Part shown: piece by piece, positions 23,287 through 36,783 of the stretch | Layout: each line of letters starts with the position of its first letter | How positions within the stretch are numbered: position 1 is the first letter of the stretch | Assembly: GCA_965644295.1 (NCBI GenBank) | Contig: CBFFRP010000057.1 | Coordinates: 1-59,825 of the forward strand | DNA from: Paraphysomonas bandaiensis | Taxonomy: Eukaryota; Protista; Chrysophyceae | Direction of reading: 5' to 3' | DNA: 59,825 nucleotides | Program-made: the position numbers and the translations under genes | The notes under the pieces: model-generated | Told to the model about the DNA's origin: nothing | The model's database searches: none | The model's input: only the letters and a program-made list of their open reading frames with translations

Positions 23287-25020
23287 ATGTACAGCAAGAG
23301 CAACAGCGGAGGGTTCCCCCCTATACCCGGAGCCAAAGAGCGATCAGATGATGCAGACGTGAATCCCTTTCGTTTACCTGCAGACGATCAGATTTTCCGC
23401 ATGAGAGAAGAAGAAAAACACAAAAAAGCTGAAGAAAAACAAAGAAATCAGCATTTGAAAGTATGGGAGAAGAGGAGTGAGAAGACTGTTAGTAACACAG
23501 TCCGTATGAAGGAGCTTTTAGGTGATGAGAGTGTGAAGGGGCTCCGCGATCTCTCAAAATCAGATGCTAAACAGAAGTCAGGAGCAGCTGCAAGACGACA
23601 AGAGAAAGAGAATATGGCGGAGTTTATTGCTAAGAAGAGAGAGATGTTTTTAGTGCAAATGAGTTTAGATACAAAGCGAGAAGAGATTCGAAAGCTCGAA
23701 GAAAAAGCTCAAATGAAAGAAGAGGCTCTGCAGAGATCGGAACAAATGTTGGAGGAGGATGCCATGAGGTTTGATGCATTTCTAAAGGAGAATGATAAAA
23801 AGGCACACGATGCAATCAAACGTGCAGAGGAGGAGACCAAGAAGAAGCAGGAGAAGACACAGGAGATCAAGCGACTGACCCAACAGATTCAAGCCTTGAC
23901 GAGTGAAATGTCCAAACATAAAGAGGCTCTAGAGGATTGTCTGCGCTACAAAGCATTTTTGGACATGTTGACGCCACCGGAGTGGTTCGAACAGCACAAG
24001 CGAGCTGAAGAGAATGAAAGGGAGCAGCTACGCCAATCTCGTTTCGAGAAGAAGCTCAAGGCTTGGGAAGCGAACAAACGGCGCATCATCGAACAGCATC
24101 GTAAAGAGGTTGAAGCCGCTAAGAAAGAGGCCAAGGGCAGCAAGAACAAGAAGCGGCAGCATGCAGAAGAGACGCACGACGAAAATGAAAGTGACTCGCC
24201 CCGCCTAAATATTCCACCTCCGCCAAGGCTGGCGGATGAACCCATGCCCGAATGGGAGGAACGCGAGGTGCCCATGTACTTTAAACAACCACAGCAACTG
24301 ATGGATATATTCGCTGCTTTGGAGGAGCAAAACTTGTTTCTCATTCAGAACAGTCAGGAAACTGAACATACTCTGGAGGAGCTCCGACTGGCTTTTCGGG
24401 AGACCAAGGGCACTATGAGCAGTCAAACAGAGGCCTTACAGTCGCAAATAGATGAACTTCAAAATGAAATTCAAATGGAGGAGCGGCGCGCAAAAGACTT
24501 ACTTACGAAGCGGATTACGGCTGCAGATGGAATGGAGAAAGCAGCCGCCTCCTCTGGAAAGCATGCGGCCGGTAATGGAAACACGTCCGGCGCTCCTCAC
24601 ACCCAACAGGAGAAAGAGAAACTTCTCTCTGACCTCCACGCAAAGGTTCGCTACGTGTATGAGCACTGTGGATTCGACGCTTCTTCAAAGCCAAGTACGC
24701 TTTTTATGCTCTCTCAGCTTGAGAGCAAGCTCGAAGTACTGTTGGCTGAAGTAGAGCAGATGCCCACAGAATATGTAGTGAAGGCTGAGAAGGATAAAGA
24801 GAAGAAACGCAGAGAGCGTAAGAGGGAAGAGCAACAGGCACTGCAGGAGAAATTGCAGGAGGAACGTAATAAAAGGTCCATCGAAAGGTCATTACAGGCA
24901 CCAAAGAAACGCACTGGAAGACAAGTTATGTTTCGATCTAAGCCCATACGTAAAGAGAAAAAGAGCCAGGGAGAAGACAACAGCAACGACGATAACGATG
25001 AACTTAGATTTTTGTCATAA
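23287..25020 (+). CDS. CFAP100: Cilia/flagella-associated protein 100 (CCDC37, DUF4200)
   Basis: NPFRLPADDQIF; EKENMAEFIAKKREMFLVQMSLDTKREEI; LEEDAMRFDAFLKEND; MYFKQPQQLMDIFAALEEQNLFLIQNSQETE; PKKRTGRQVMFRSKP. Confidence 0.93.
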   Translation: MYSKSNSGGFPPIPGAKERSDDADVNPFRLPADDQIFRMREEEKHKKAEEKQRNQHLKVWEKRSEKTVSNTVRMKELLGDESVKGLRDLSKSDAKQKSGAAARRQEKENMAEFIAKKREMFLVQMSLDTKREEIRKLEEKAQMKEEALQRSEQMLEEDAMRFDAFLKENDKKAHDAIKRAEEETKKKQEKTQEIKRLTQQIQALTSEMSKHKEALEDCLRYKAFLDMLTPPEWFEQHKRAEENEREQLRQSRFEKKLKAWEANKRRIIEQHRKEVEAAKKEAKGSKNKKRQHAEETHDENESDSPRLNIPPPPRLADEPMPEWEEREVPMYFKQPQQLMDIFAALEEQNLFLIQNSQETEHTLEELRLAFRETKGTMSSQTEALQSQIDELQNEIQMEERRAKDLLTKRITAADGMEKAAASSGKHAAGNGNTSGAPHTQQEKEKLLSDLHAKVRYVYEHCGFDASSKPSTLFMLSQLESKLEVLLAEVEQMPTEYVVKAEKDKEKKRRERKREEQQALQEKLQEERNKRSIERSLQAPKKRTGRQVMFRSKPIRKEKKSQGEDNSNDDNDELRFLS

Positions 25021-25909
25021 TAGACTTCTGACGGGCGATTCAGTGTATCTATTCTTGATGAACGTTTTTTGTACTGGCCCATTGTGCATTGTGTAGTGTA
25101 ATTCAAACCATGAAATTGTGGTATCGTCGCGGTGATACAACTGCTTTTACTATATACCAGCCGCGTAATATGCACGCGGTAATAATGAAACTGACTAATC
25201 AAATACACTTTTGCTAAGATTGTGTGTCCGATACCTATGAGCAATCATTATCAAAATTTATTAACCGCATAATATGTGTAAGGTTATGAACACCATGGTG
25301 TGGAAAGTGCGAGTAGTGTTGTAGTAGCAGTCGCCAGTACGCTAGAGAAATAAATACCAAAATGTCAAGGAGAGAGATAACTACACGCACCCTAAAAGTA
25401 ATAGATAAAAACCATAAAACGACTAATATGATATTGCACTAAAGATGACGCTGTTCTACATGTAAACCTTAGAAAAAGCATCGCCCTGAGCCATTTTTTT
25501 AGCCTAATGTTTCTCCGAGATTGTGACCGACGATTTAGCATAGAGCTCCCTCGACAATGCCTCTAAAGACTTCACAACAGACTCATGTAACATCTGGCGA
25601 GCACCAGTTTGTCATATGTTCATCAGTCCATCATATATTCAGAAATAACTTATACAGGCATAATATATATCAATAACTGAATTTACTTTCTTCGTAACTA
25701 TATTCATCCTTAACAGACAGGTGCATCAACCTATATAGCAAAAAATAAGCATGCGGAATAGCAAGTAGAGGATTTCAACTTCCCCTATTGGGTCATGTGC
25801 TCGGCCTAGGAATAGGCTTTGCAAAAGATACTAACAATAACTATTAATATTTTTCATATTATGTGTCATCGTAATTAAGAGAGCTATATGACAAATTAAA
25901 AAGGGTTAG

Positions 25910-27006
25910 TAGTTACGTCAGTTTCCCAGAAAAATATATCCGCTACTTATCCGGATGTCAAAAGGTTCAAAGACGTCTACACAAGTGCCACTTATTAGTG
26001 TCCCTTGTACCACACACTAATGAGTGTGCAGAACAATATCTGCTGACTATATATGCGGTTTACGTTAGTTTCCAAGAGAAATCTCTTCGGTACTTATCCT
26101 CCAGAGTACCACACACAAAAAGGTGCGAGTCCGACTTTGTTGAGGTAAGAAATACAATAGTATTGTTGAGCCGACAATATGGGCAGGCACTGAAGATCAT
26201 GTCTGACAACCCTGAGATTTACGAACAGTTGGTAACGTACATGCGTAAGGTAGCTACAGCACTAGGTATCAAGAACGGTCCCAGTCATAGCGTGGTTTAG
26301 TGGTTTAAAGGAGAACCAGTGCTAGTCGGGGTGGGCTCTAGATGCCATGGAGCCGGGGGTTCTTGGATTCCTATTTCTGACTTTGTACTACGATTAAACC
26401 AAGTAGAAGCTATCGTTAAACAAGAAGCTTTTTATATTCTTGCGAATAAGGTTTGATACTGTTTTGTGATGTAAGTTTTTGATATTTTTACGTTATATTT
26501 TTGTAGCCAACAGTGAGATATTGTGATGGATGCCTGCTGTTGTTTCTAATTAGTCTTACCAGTGGAACACTAGTGGAAGTGAATATCAAACTTGTGGAAG
26601 AAATTCGACAAATAAAGTCGTTCATGCGTATGGAGATATTTCTCAAGTCGGGGCGTGACGTGAAGCCCACCATTAACTGTTTTACATTTGGTGGGGCTGT
26701 TATTCTTATCAATCCAGACGAGAACAACTTGTTTCAGTCTGCATTAACTTGTTGCAACTTGCTAGATGTTATCCTACAATACTATTAGCTCTAGTAGCCC
26801 TGGTATACTAAATACTAAATCATCCCACGGATAGTACTTATGTGTAGTGCAACTATGATCCCCGTGAACATCAATTATAGACGTACATACCAGTATTCAT
26901 GTATTCATCATGTTCCCAGAGTGAAAGTGGTTGCATCATGGTGCATGCAGTGACGCACAAGCAGGGAATATAGTAGGATATCAGTGTTAAGAACTAGCTA
27001 GTTAGC
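25910..27006 (+). mobile_element. TIR-family repeat copy 3 carrying a captured gene fragment
   Basis: Core at ~25965-26145 (gacgtctacacaagtg...ttagtgtcccttgtaccacac...ggtgcgagtccgactttgttg); inverted A-type end at 26951-27006 (tgacgcacaagcag...tagtaggatatcagtgttaagaactag). Left terminus eroded. Confidence 0.75.
26176..26730 (+). pseudogene. ATP-grasp ligase C-terminal gene fragment with a retained intron (26451-26506)
   Basis: QLVTYMRKVATALGIKNGPSHSVV*WFKGEPVLVGVGSRCHGAGGSWIP...LNQVEA...|P...TINCFTFGGAVILINPDE resembles ATP-grasp LGIxxGPxHxE...PVLVEVxxR; in-frame TAG at 26298-26300; expected glutamates lost; no N-terminal half. Confidence 0.75.
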
Positions 27007-27253
27007 ACTATCTACCTCATTATCCTCGTATTCCTTCATCTTACTGACTCAATAAACCTCCCATTTTGCTGTCGTTGAAACTGGATACGAGTATTGATAT
27101 GACATTAACAAAATTGCAATCACTTACGAGCACCTATCAATGGGGAAATCCTTATTACTTTTAGCCTATCTAATACTACATAGCTGAAATAGTACCCCTC
27201 ATATAGACCCATAGCATGAATACCATTTCGTCAATGACATCGAGTGGAATATT

Positions 27254-29400
27254 CTAGACGGCCGCTTGAGGAATTTTCCACCATACAATTACGTGGTCGT
27301 TCCCGCACGAGATCAGTCGCTCTTCATTTAGCCACCCCACACCGGTAACGCCCGACATGTGGCTGAACGGAAGGTGCTGCTTAGTCTGGGGATTGGAACA
27401 GTTCCAAACATAAATATTTTCATCCAGAGATCCGGAGGCGAGAAGGTTTCCAGAGGGAGACCATGCCAAGCATGTGATCTTTGAGGTGTGAAAGACCCAT
27501 CGACCCTTCACTCTCGCTTCCCAAGTACCACGCTCGTAGACCTCTACCTGTCTTCCCTCGTCCCCAATCGCTAGGGCATCCCCCAGCGGGGAGTACGCAA
27601 CCGCGCTAACCTTGGAGCGCGTCTCGATAGTAGCAATCTCAGTCAAAGCACCGTCAGCGATGGAATACACGTGTGTCTTGTTGTCCGATCCCCCAACCGC
27701 GACTTCATCACCGCCCAGCAACGACACACAAGTAGGGTTGTAAGACAAGTTTCCTACTGCAGCCACCTTCTCGTCGCCATTATATATGACCACCTCAGAT
27801 AAGGTCGCTAAAGCAACCAGACCTGCAGATGTGGAACAGATTCCACACGGCTGACCGTTTGTCGCAGAAGATTTCACATAAGATCCGCTGGAGAGATTTG
27901 CGGTCCTGATAGTATCGTCCCAACCAATGGAGAGCAGGGAATCACCAGATACTGCCAGACCAGTGAGCATGCCTCCATGAGCGGTCCCTGAGACATTGCG
28001 TTTGTCAGTACCCAACAAACGGTTACATATACCATTGGTCAGGTCAGTCGCGCAAACAACTCCGTCATATGAGCCCGTGTAGAGCATACCCCTCTCTCGA
28101 TCTACGGTCATGGCAGTGATGGCAACTTGATGACCTTGCACCACCCGCACCGGAGTCGAGGAGCCGGGATCCAGGTAGTTAATGTTTCCATTGAGAGATA
28201 GAGAAAGAAGATGAGAGCTGGTGCAGAGGGCTCCCACCTGCATATCTCCCAGCTCTGCAGTGTCCCATCCAGATCTGGGGTTAAAGGTTTGTTCACAGGT
28301 GAGAGATGAGAGGTCCCAGAGCTTTGCAGTCTTGTCAGCTGAAGTTGTTAACATCTTTGCGGAGTCAGGGGTAGTAGAAACGGAATATATAGACCCTGCA
28401 TGTGCATCCACTATCTCTCCATTGGGTTCACCAGTCTTCCCGTCGTATAGTTGGATTTTCTTGTCGGACCCAACAGATACAGCGCGCTCTCCATTCGCTG
28501 TGTATCTGATGCAGTTAACGAAATTAGTATGGGGAGCGTTTGAGTGATCGTGTTTGAAAGGGGGGCCCGCGTAGAACATGGTCTTCATATCCTCGCTGCC
28601 AGTCATGATGCGGAACGGCCGGGAGGGCTTGAACGCAACAGAAGTGACGCGTTTGGAGTGGCCCACTAACTCCCCTACGCTATTCCCAGTATCCCAAGTA
28701 AAAACTTTAGCGCTCTACGCATCATCGGTTTCGGTTAGCACTGTTTACAGCACAAGGTATGTTCTCACCAATGGGGAGCCATCTCCAACAGCACAAATCT
28801 TCTTGCTTTCAAAATCCCAGTCCAAGTCTTTTATTTCACCAGCAAATACGGGCAGTTCCAACTTCGTCATGTGCTCAGGATTGTCCCAACTCCATACACG
28901 GAGCTTTCCGGATGAATCTACACAAGTAACAATGAAGCTGGCAAGATACAGATTACGTATAGTCATACCTGCGCTGGCAACCCAGTAGCCGTTAGGGGAA
29001 AATTTAGCCACAGTTGTGGGTTGAGAGTGTCCGCGATAAATGAAACAGTCAGATGGATCCTACAGAAGCAGCAAACATAATAGATTACATGAGACAGTGC
29101 ACAGAGGCATCGTATGGTCGTATGGTTACCTCCAAGTTCTTTACGATAATATATTTCCCGCTCGGGTAGATGATCCTCGGCTCTCGTGGATGAGCATAGA
29201 TATGAGTGGTCGAGCCGCGGACTGTAGAGGGATTGGGACCAATTGTCTTCTCTGAGCATATATCACATCAGATATATCGACCAATAACTCATACATACAT
29301 ACATACATCGATCCACACACAGATACACACATATACATATATACGGACCTAAGAACGGAGAGGAGAGGAATGCATTAGCGCCTGAGGCAAAAGCTGACAT
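27254..29400 (-). CDS. WDR1: Actin-interacting protein 1 / WD repeat protein 1 (5 exons)
   Basis: [92 protein letters not shown]; four GT-AG introns join in phase. Confidence 0.93.
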
Positions 29401-30454
29401 GTTCCTTATGCAAGAGTTAATTAATCGTTATTGCAATTGCGGTGTGGGTGCGTGTAGTTGGGAGTGATTATGCTGAAGATAACAAACACGACCATAACAT
29501 ACACATACATACGTGCATACATACATACACCCCACAGTATACTATACACACATCTATGTATGCATGTACAGAGCATACAGCAGCATACAGCATACAGCAC
29601 GTATCTGTTGAGGATTCTAGATACTGATACACTGCACTGTACCCATATGCTCATGTACTATATACGGATACGGTATACCGTATAGCTACACTGCAGGTAG
29701 ATAGTGTCGCACCTGGAGCCTCCGTACTATGCGAGTATGCGTGCGTGTATGTTGCATGATGGAGCTTGATATCTTATGGATATCTTAGAACCACATGACA
29801 TATATGAACGTGAATGCGAGCGCAACATCGGTTACTTAGGACAGCAATGCAATGCAAACATAATCCTCTACATAAATCACTCACCCAATAAATAGATTGT
29901 TGAACCAGTAACACAATCTGAGTCAGGGACGCTTGCCGCTTGCCACTGTGTGAAGCATTGAGGCTGCCGGAGGAGGTGGATTACTAAATAACTCGACACC
30001 CACCAGTATGAAATGCATTGAAAGATGAATATGTGCTTTAATTCGCTGTAGAATGACTGATTTGCAAGTAAATTTAATTCCGTCGAATTTAGGGGCTTCT
30101 TTACTTACTTGCTGTACCATACCCCATACCCTATTGCCCTGTACTATTACGTGTTAATGACCCAATGTAAATATGATAATAACAACAGAACCAATCACAC
30201 AATTCGAAAGACATTTTATTATCTTTTAGAGTTGTATCAGTTCATCGCTTAGCATATATTGTATCAGGTCAAGCGATAAAAACATCGAATGGATCTGACA
30301 TTGAAACAAACAAGCAGCTCAAAAAGTAGAAGCACATAGTTCGACATTATAATGCGATAATAATAACACCTAATATAAAATTTGCGCTAACTAATAACAA
30401 ACATCACAACAGATATTTAATTGACTACAAGAGAGCACCATTCATTGAACTCCA

Positions 30455-32254
30455 TTAAAATTCTATATTCTTATCGGGATCTATTCCCATCAAGATTTGA
30501 GTTCTTCGATTAGGGTACTTTTTTCGTCGTTCCTGTGTACGAACTTTAGACCTTTGGAAGGAATCGAACATTCGAGTCATGGCTAGCGGATCGACTGCAA
30601 TTTTCTTTTTCTTGGCAGTTGGATCAAATTTATATTTTCGAAAGTTATCATCAGGTATAAAGCTATCAGATATCTGTTCCATATTCTCACACTTTTCAAG
30701 GACGTCATCTTCATATATACTTTGATTGTGATTCAGAAATAGTTCGTTGTGAGTTTCGCGACGAGAATCCTTTTGATTTATTTGTATTGGTCCTGTGGCT
30801 ACATCAGTGGCATTCCCTTCGATCAGAAGGCGGCCTTTGTTCACGCTGTGTGGTTAATACCATTATAAATACAACGTAAATTAAATATTCTGCATACACA
30901 AAGCTAGCACAAGTATGTATAGGGCACCATATACTAGATTTGACATATAATTGTCACGTATTCTCACTTTCGCCACACTGTCAATGTATTCTTGTTGGTT
31001 CTCTCTTGATCAACGATTTTATCTATGACACTCACCCACTTCCATCTTGCAGTGGTGAAGTAGTTGGGATTCTTAACTTTTCCGTACTCATAAACTGCAA
31101 TGGTTCTAGCCGCCTTGGATAGACTATCTGAAGCGTGGCAAGTGTACAGCGATGCCTTCGATGTCAGATCAGATACCACTCTTTGTTCATCTTTCAGTTC
31201 GCGCAATAATTGTGAAGGAGCTCTGTACAAATCGGTAAGCACACATAAGCGTTCATACAGATACCACAGTCTGACATGCAATCAATATCACCACGACATA
31301 CCTAAGCACTAACGGTGCTTGAATTATCGCCGCAGTTACGGGGGTTAGATCTCCCGGTATAGAAGTGTTCATCTCTTCGGTAATGCCCACATAGCCTATC
31401 TAGATATATCAGAAGTATATAGTGCGGATATAACACAGATATACCATTATATTTTCGCAAAGTGACTTCCGTGCCCTCTCTGCAGCAATCAAGCATATGA
31501 AGTATGTATTCAGCAGAACATCGACTCAGGGCTTGGGAAAGTAGGTCCCTACGATGTAACTACAAAACAAAAGTGGACGTCATACAGCTCTTCTACGAGG
31601 CCTATGTACATATATTCAACACACCTTGACACGCCGTAGAATAGATGACTGCTTCACTTGGCGATATATATTATCTACAGGCACATAAAGTCGATTTAAT
31701 TCCCGGCCTGAAGACTGATCAACTGTAACAACTTCATACATTTCATGCTCGGGGTGGTGATAAATACACACAGAAGCATTCATTTTACACTTCCAGAAGA
31801 CTTTAGAACCTTGATATAACTTGACAGCTTTGACTGGAGCTCTTATGTGTGCAGAAGAGTATTTCCTGGATATTTGGGGCAAATGAATTATTTCTGTCTC
31901 TGGACAGGAAGACATGTTAGTTGAATTTTGCTTAGGGTCACTGTCTTCTCTTCCTGAAGAGCCGAACTGAGCATTTTCTGCTTTAGATTTGGTAATAGAA
32001 TCGCGACGTCCTGTGCGTGGCTTACGTGATCTACTTGTAGGCCTGGATGTAAAATACGCCCCATCCATTTTGCTGTTGTGAAGTGCATTGCTGTCGAGAG
32101 GTAACGATGGCAATATTTTGGATGCTCGTCTCGAAGGGTCCGGAAGATTACGACTGCTGTTACCGAATATCATTCGCGATGTTGCACACATATCTTTCAA
32201 TTTAGGGACTGATTTGCGCCGATCACTGACACTATGCTGCTTGCTGTCCATCAT
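30455..32254 (-). CDS. Uncharacterised multi-exon protein
   Basis: Chain of minus-strand ORFs (32254-31616, ~31550-31310, 31281-30964, 30844-30455) separated by short GT-AG-bounded gaps. No family recognised; exact junctions not all verified. Confidence 0.6.
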
Positions 32255-32813
32255 AACGCCAGTATCCCTCTACGCAGCAGCTATACACACAGATAAGATG
32301 AGATGAGTCGTTTCAATTGATGCTAATAGCAACTATGAAGCACTGCTTTTAGTAGCAATTAAAACACGACAGCAATGACACGGAGCTTATCCACGGTCCT
32401 TAAACAGGGCAGGAACCAACACTGAGGTGCCCAAGGTGAGACTGTGTGTGATGTTGCATGTCATACACACTGCTGTATACTGCTGTATACTGCTGTATAC
32501 TGATGTATATACTGTATACATATGATACATCTGCTGCACACATGTTCCCACACAGAACATTCCCACTTCCCTCATTATCAGTATATACGTGTGTGTACTG
32601 TACATGTACATCCATTAGTATACATACACTATATACTACGGTACACAACATATAGTGGTTCGTGTACATATACCGAGCTCCGGCCCGAACTTTGGATGGG
32701 ATACACACATAGAGTGAAGTGAAGTGAAGTGAAGGTCGGGATACACACACACGCACACTGTACATACACATGTATATATATGTACATTAAACACACACAC
32801 ATGCGATAGCTGA

Positions 32814-34855
32814 ATGTCCCATCGCCCCGAAATGCTCATCCATCACCTCCCCTCTGATGTCACCCTCAGCATCTTTGAGTATCTGTCGTACAGCGATCTC
32901 TGCGAGTGTTTGTTTCTCTGCAGATATTTCGCTCATTTAATATACAGGAACCAGTGGCTGTACAAGATCCTTCTCGACCATCATCTTCCCGGCTATGCAC
33001 CTCTAGTCAACTGTCCGACAGATGCCTGTCGCGGTAAGCTGGGCCGTTGGCTGTGTAAGGAGTTCCGGTGGCATATGGTGGGATCCACTGCACAGTGTAT
33101 GCGCAGATATCTGCATAGAGGAACACTCACACCGCAGGTACACACATGAATTTAATCATGTATGGATTAGATTGATCATGTGTGTTGTGTGTCTCATCGC
33201 TGTACCCTTTCGTGGTGTAGATGTATAGTTACGTATCACTGGTGTTCCGCTCGTTCATAAAGTATATTATATTAATTCGTAGGGTGATTTAATTGTGTTT
33301 GGGGGAGCAACTACTACTGGTTCATGTAACGATATATGGAAAGTCAGTCTGAGAAGCGAATCTGAAGTAGTGTTCCAAGAATTGCGTTCACCTAGTTCTG
33401 TATGGCCACCTCGTAATTCAGCGATGGCAATGTGTTCGGTTGCGGACTATGCATACGTTTTTGGCGGACGATTATTTTTACAGAATTCAGAACCATTTTG
33501 CAACGACTTGTGGCGGTTTCATATGACTTCGTACACATGGGAAAAACTTCGCCCCCTAAACCCTCCCCCTCCTCGTTGGGGTCACACTATGACATCCTAC
33601 GGGAAGTTTTTGTTTGTTTTTGGAGGTTCTCAGTTAGGTGCGACGTACAATGACTTGTGGTACTTGAATACTGAAGACATAAATCCGGACGATTGGAATA
33701 GCTTGCAGTGGGTGCATGTATCTGTTGGGACAGCTGTACCGGAATGTAGAGGTGGTCACTCAGCGATACTTATGGTACGTAATACTGCTGTGTACACAGT
33801 CGTATATTTAGCATTACTGTATTTCATATACACAATGCGCGGAGTTTATAATGGTGTGATGTTCACAGTTTTTGTAGAGTGGAGTGTAGTTGTAATACAT
33901 TATAGTACACTATATATATTCGTTAGGTACGGTACAGCGTATTGTGGTATTAGTACAGTGCAATGGGGTGGTTTTATGCACCGGACAGATTAAATAATTT
34001 GTTTCTCTAAATGTATAGGGTGCTTATTTGTACATATTCGGTGGAAACAATATCTCCCATACATTTTCAGACATGTGGCGGATCGACTTGAGTGAAATAT
34101 TGCGTTCAGGTAAGCGTGTAATATGTTAAGTATATATATGCTATGTAATATTTTGGTCATGCATAACACTTCATGAAACAGGGAATTCGTCTGAAGGTCG
34201 TGGTGGTGCTTTGATTTATTGGGAAAATATGAGCCAGTTCGGCACATATCCTTCACCGCGGATTGGGCACTGTGCGGTGGCTCTAAGTCGATATACGTTC
34301 CTTGTGTACGGGGGCAGAAATTATATCCATAGCACGATGTCACAGGGTATGTAGGCATCGTATACTTCCTAGCAGCAGTATATGTCGTGTTCAATCATGG
34401 TATAATTACGCATATATAGTGAAGCGTGTACGACAGCGTGATGTCTCACACGTCTCTGGGCAGGGTGTTATGTATTCGACACGAGAACGAATACGTGGTC
34501 CTCATTACTTTCGCCAACAGATTCCGGTATTGTATGTCGCACAGGACATTGCGCACTACCGACATCCGTGGGGGTAATATTTTTCGGTGGGTTGAGTGCC
34601 AACAATTCACCACTATCTGAGGTGCTGGTACTGGATTTGTTTAGCAGTCCCCGATATAGTCGTCTCAAAAGTGAACATGAAAGTTCAACTAACCGTGGGA
34701 ATGCTAGTGATACGTCGTATTCGTTTTCTGTATCACAGTTTCTGCAAGGAATCTTCCCTATCACTCGAAATGTCACTGATTATTCGCCACGCGAAAATCG
34801 TTATACTCTAGTTGAAGGTGAGAACGAAGAATATATGGAATATCATCAGCGTTAG
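32814..34855 (+). CDS. F-box plus kelch-repeat protein (multi-exon)
   Basis: F-box IHHLPSDVTLSIFEYLSYSDLCECLFLCRYF; kelch repeats YVFGGR...NDLWRF, PPPRWGHTMTSYGKFLFVFGG, PECRGGHSA, PSPRIGHCA. Confidence 0.88.
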
Positions 34856-35282
34856 CAGGGATACCCGCGTAGTGAATCATTAGGATATTTACTCTGTTGA
34901 AGAGCTAGAATGTATATGTAACTGTTACTGGACATTGGAATGATATATTGGCGTCATGGAAACTTGTAGTGTCGCCGATACCCATTTGTTATGGATATAT
35001 AGTAGCTAGAACTAATGCTGAGTAAAACTGAAGGCAATATTGTATAGAATCGTAACTATATAAGAGTCAATAGATGAGAACGTCTGACCATAACTGAAAA
35101 TGGTGTCTGTTCAAGAATTAGAAAATGGTTTGATATGGTGATTGTTAATCTAAAAATATAAACGGTATTGCTAAACTAATACTCTGATAATTAGTTATTA
35201 AAGTTAAATAATGTCAAAATCTAACAGTCAGTGATATACATACGCATATCACACTCCACTCTATGTAAAGCACATATTAGTG

Positions 35283-36783
35283 TAGTGGTGAATGTCTGAT
35301 GATTAGAAATATAGGCGTGGAAGATTCAGAACTAATGTAGCAAAACAATTTAACTAACCAGTGCTTAACTCTGATATCCTACTATTTAACGCTACGAAAG
35401 ACGCTTGTGCGTCTCCTCACAAGCACCAAGATGCAACCACTTTCGCTCTCTGTTTTTAAGAAGGTGAACAGCCCAGATGCTTGACTTAGTAAGCGGTCCA
35501 ATATCCCGGATGTCCTTGACGTGGGCCCTGTCCCGAATGGCTGTTTATTCCTCAAGGCCCAAAGGCGTCTACATAAGTGACACCTATATTAGTGTCCCTT
35601 GTACCACACACAAGCGTTTGGCTATATGAGTGGGCAGAACAGTATCTGCTGACTATATATTATATATGCGGCTCTTATTATTAGTTTCTCAGAGAAATAT
35701 CGTCTGTACTTATCCCCCAGAACACGGCACGAAAATGTGCAAGTCCGACTTTGTTGTTGGAGGGCATATTAGTGTAGTATATATTATATATACTGCAGTA
35801 TAAATATAAAGATTTTTGATTTTCTGTACGATCTGACTGCTAATTGTGTCGCTATCCCACTCTGCTCATCACATACATACATACATATACTACATAATAT
35901 ACATACATATATCGATTCCGTAATAATCACCATAAGCAGGACACCATAATTACTATGATTCGATACACATTTTTTTGTGACTATCAGTTTACACTGGCCT
36001 GTGTCTTGAATACTTCAATGGCGCAGGTTGAGCGATTCTGACCGGAGGACTATTACCGAGGCGCGCAATACAACTGTGCTTTAAATTCGCGACTTCGTAC
36101 TCTAGAAAAATAACAGTTGTCAATCTTCTCCAGTCGCTTTACGCTGCAGCCAAAAACAAATGATTCAAGACCGCAGTTGTCGTTACGTTACCACACCCAA
36201 ATAGCCACATAGACACTCCCCCCGAACACGTCAGTAACGTAGCAGCACACGACGGAAACCGCGGGTTCTTCGCTTACTGGGTGTAGTTTTACGAAGAGGA
36301 GACATAGTTCACCCCACATGTCCACCTCTTCCATAATCCCTGCACAAGTGGTAACGCTACGGTGCAGCCTCCGCCAGCTTCTTCTCTCTGCCTCGGCCCC
36401 AACTCGCGGCCCGCGCCTTTTCCAGACACGGCGGCGCCCCAATCCATCCCCTCGCTCATCATGTTTATCAGGCTAGGTATTCTCGACTCACTAATTCAGA
36501 ATCCTGTGCCTCCACAAAGTCCTACAGAACCCTATACCTCAAGGGACACCCCCCTGACTAACCCCATCTGCACTTCCAGGACTCAAGTTCATAGAGATCT
36601 TCTCTCTCACATACAAGAGCGGCGATGCACAAGCAGCTTTCGTAACGTTATATATAGTAGGATATGAGAATTTGTACTTCTAGTTAGTTACAAGTAGAAG
36701 TCTATCTAGCTTGACTAGTTTTCATCTAGCTAATTATCTCTGGTGCTGATTCTCGAAGTCTATTGCTAAGAATAAGACTTTCA
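35283..36783 (+). mobile_element. TIR-family repeat copy 4 (A-end left, B-end right), different interior
   Basis: Left gtgaatgtctgatgattag...ctgatatcctactatttaacgctacgaaag plus core to ~35760; right inverted end cgtaacgttatatatagtaggatatgag...tctatctagcttgactagttttc...tattgctaagaataagactttca matches the B-end at 17038-17175. Confidence 0.85.
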
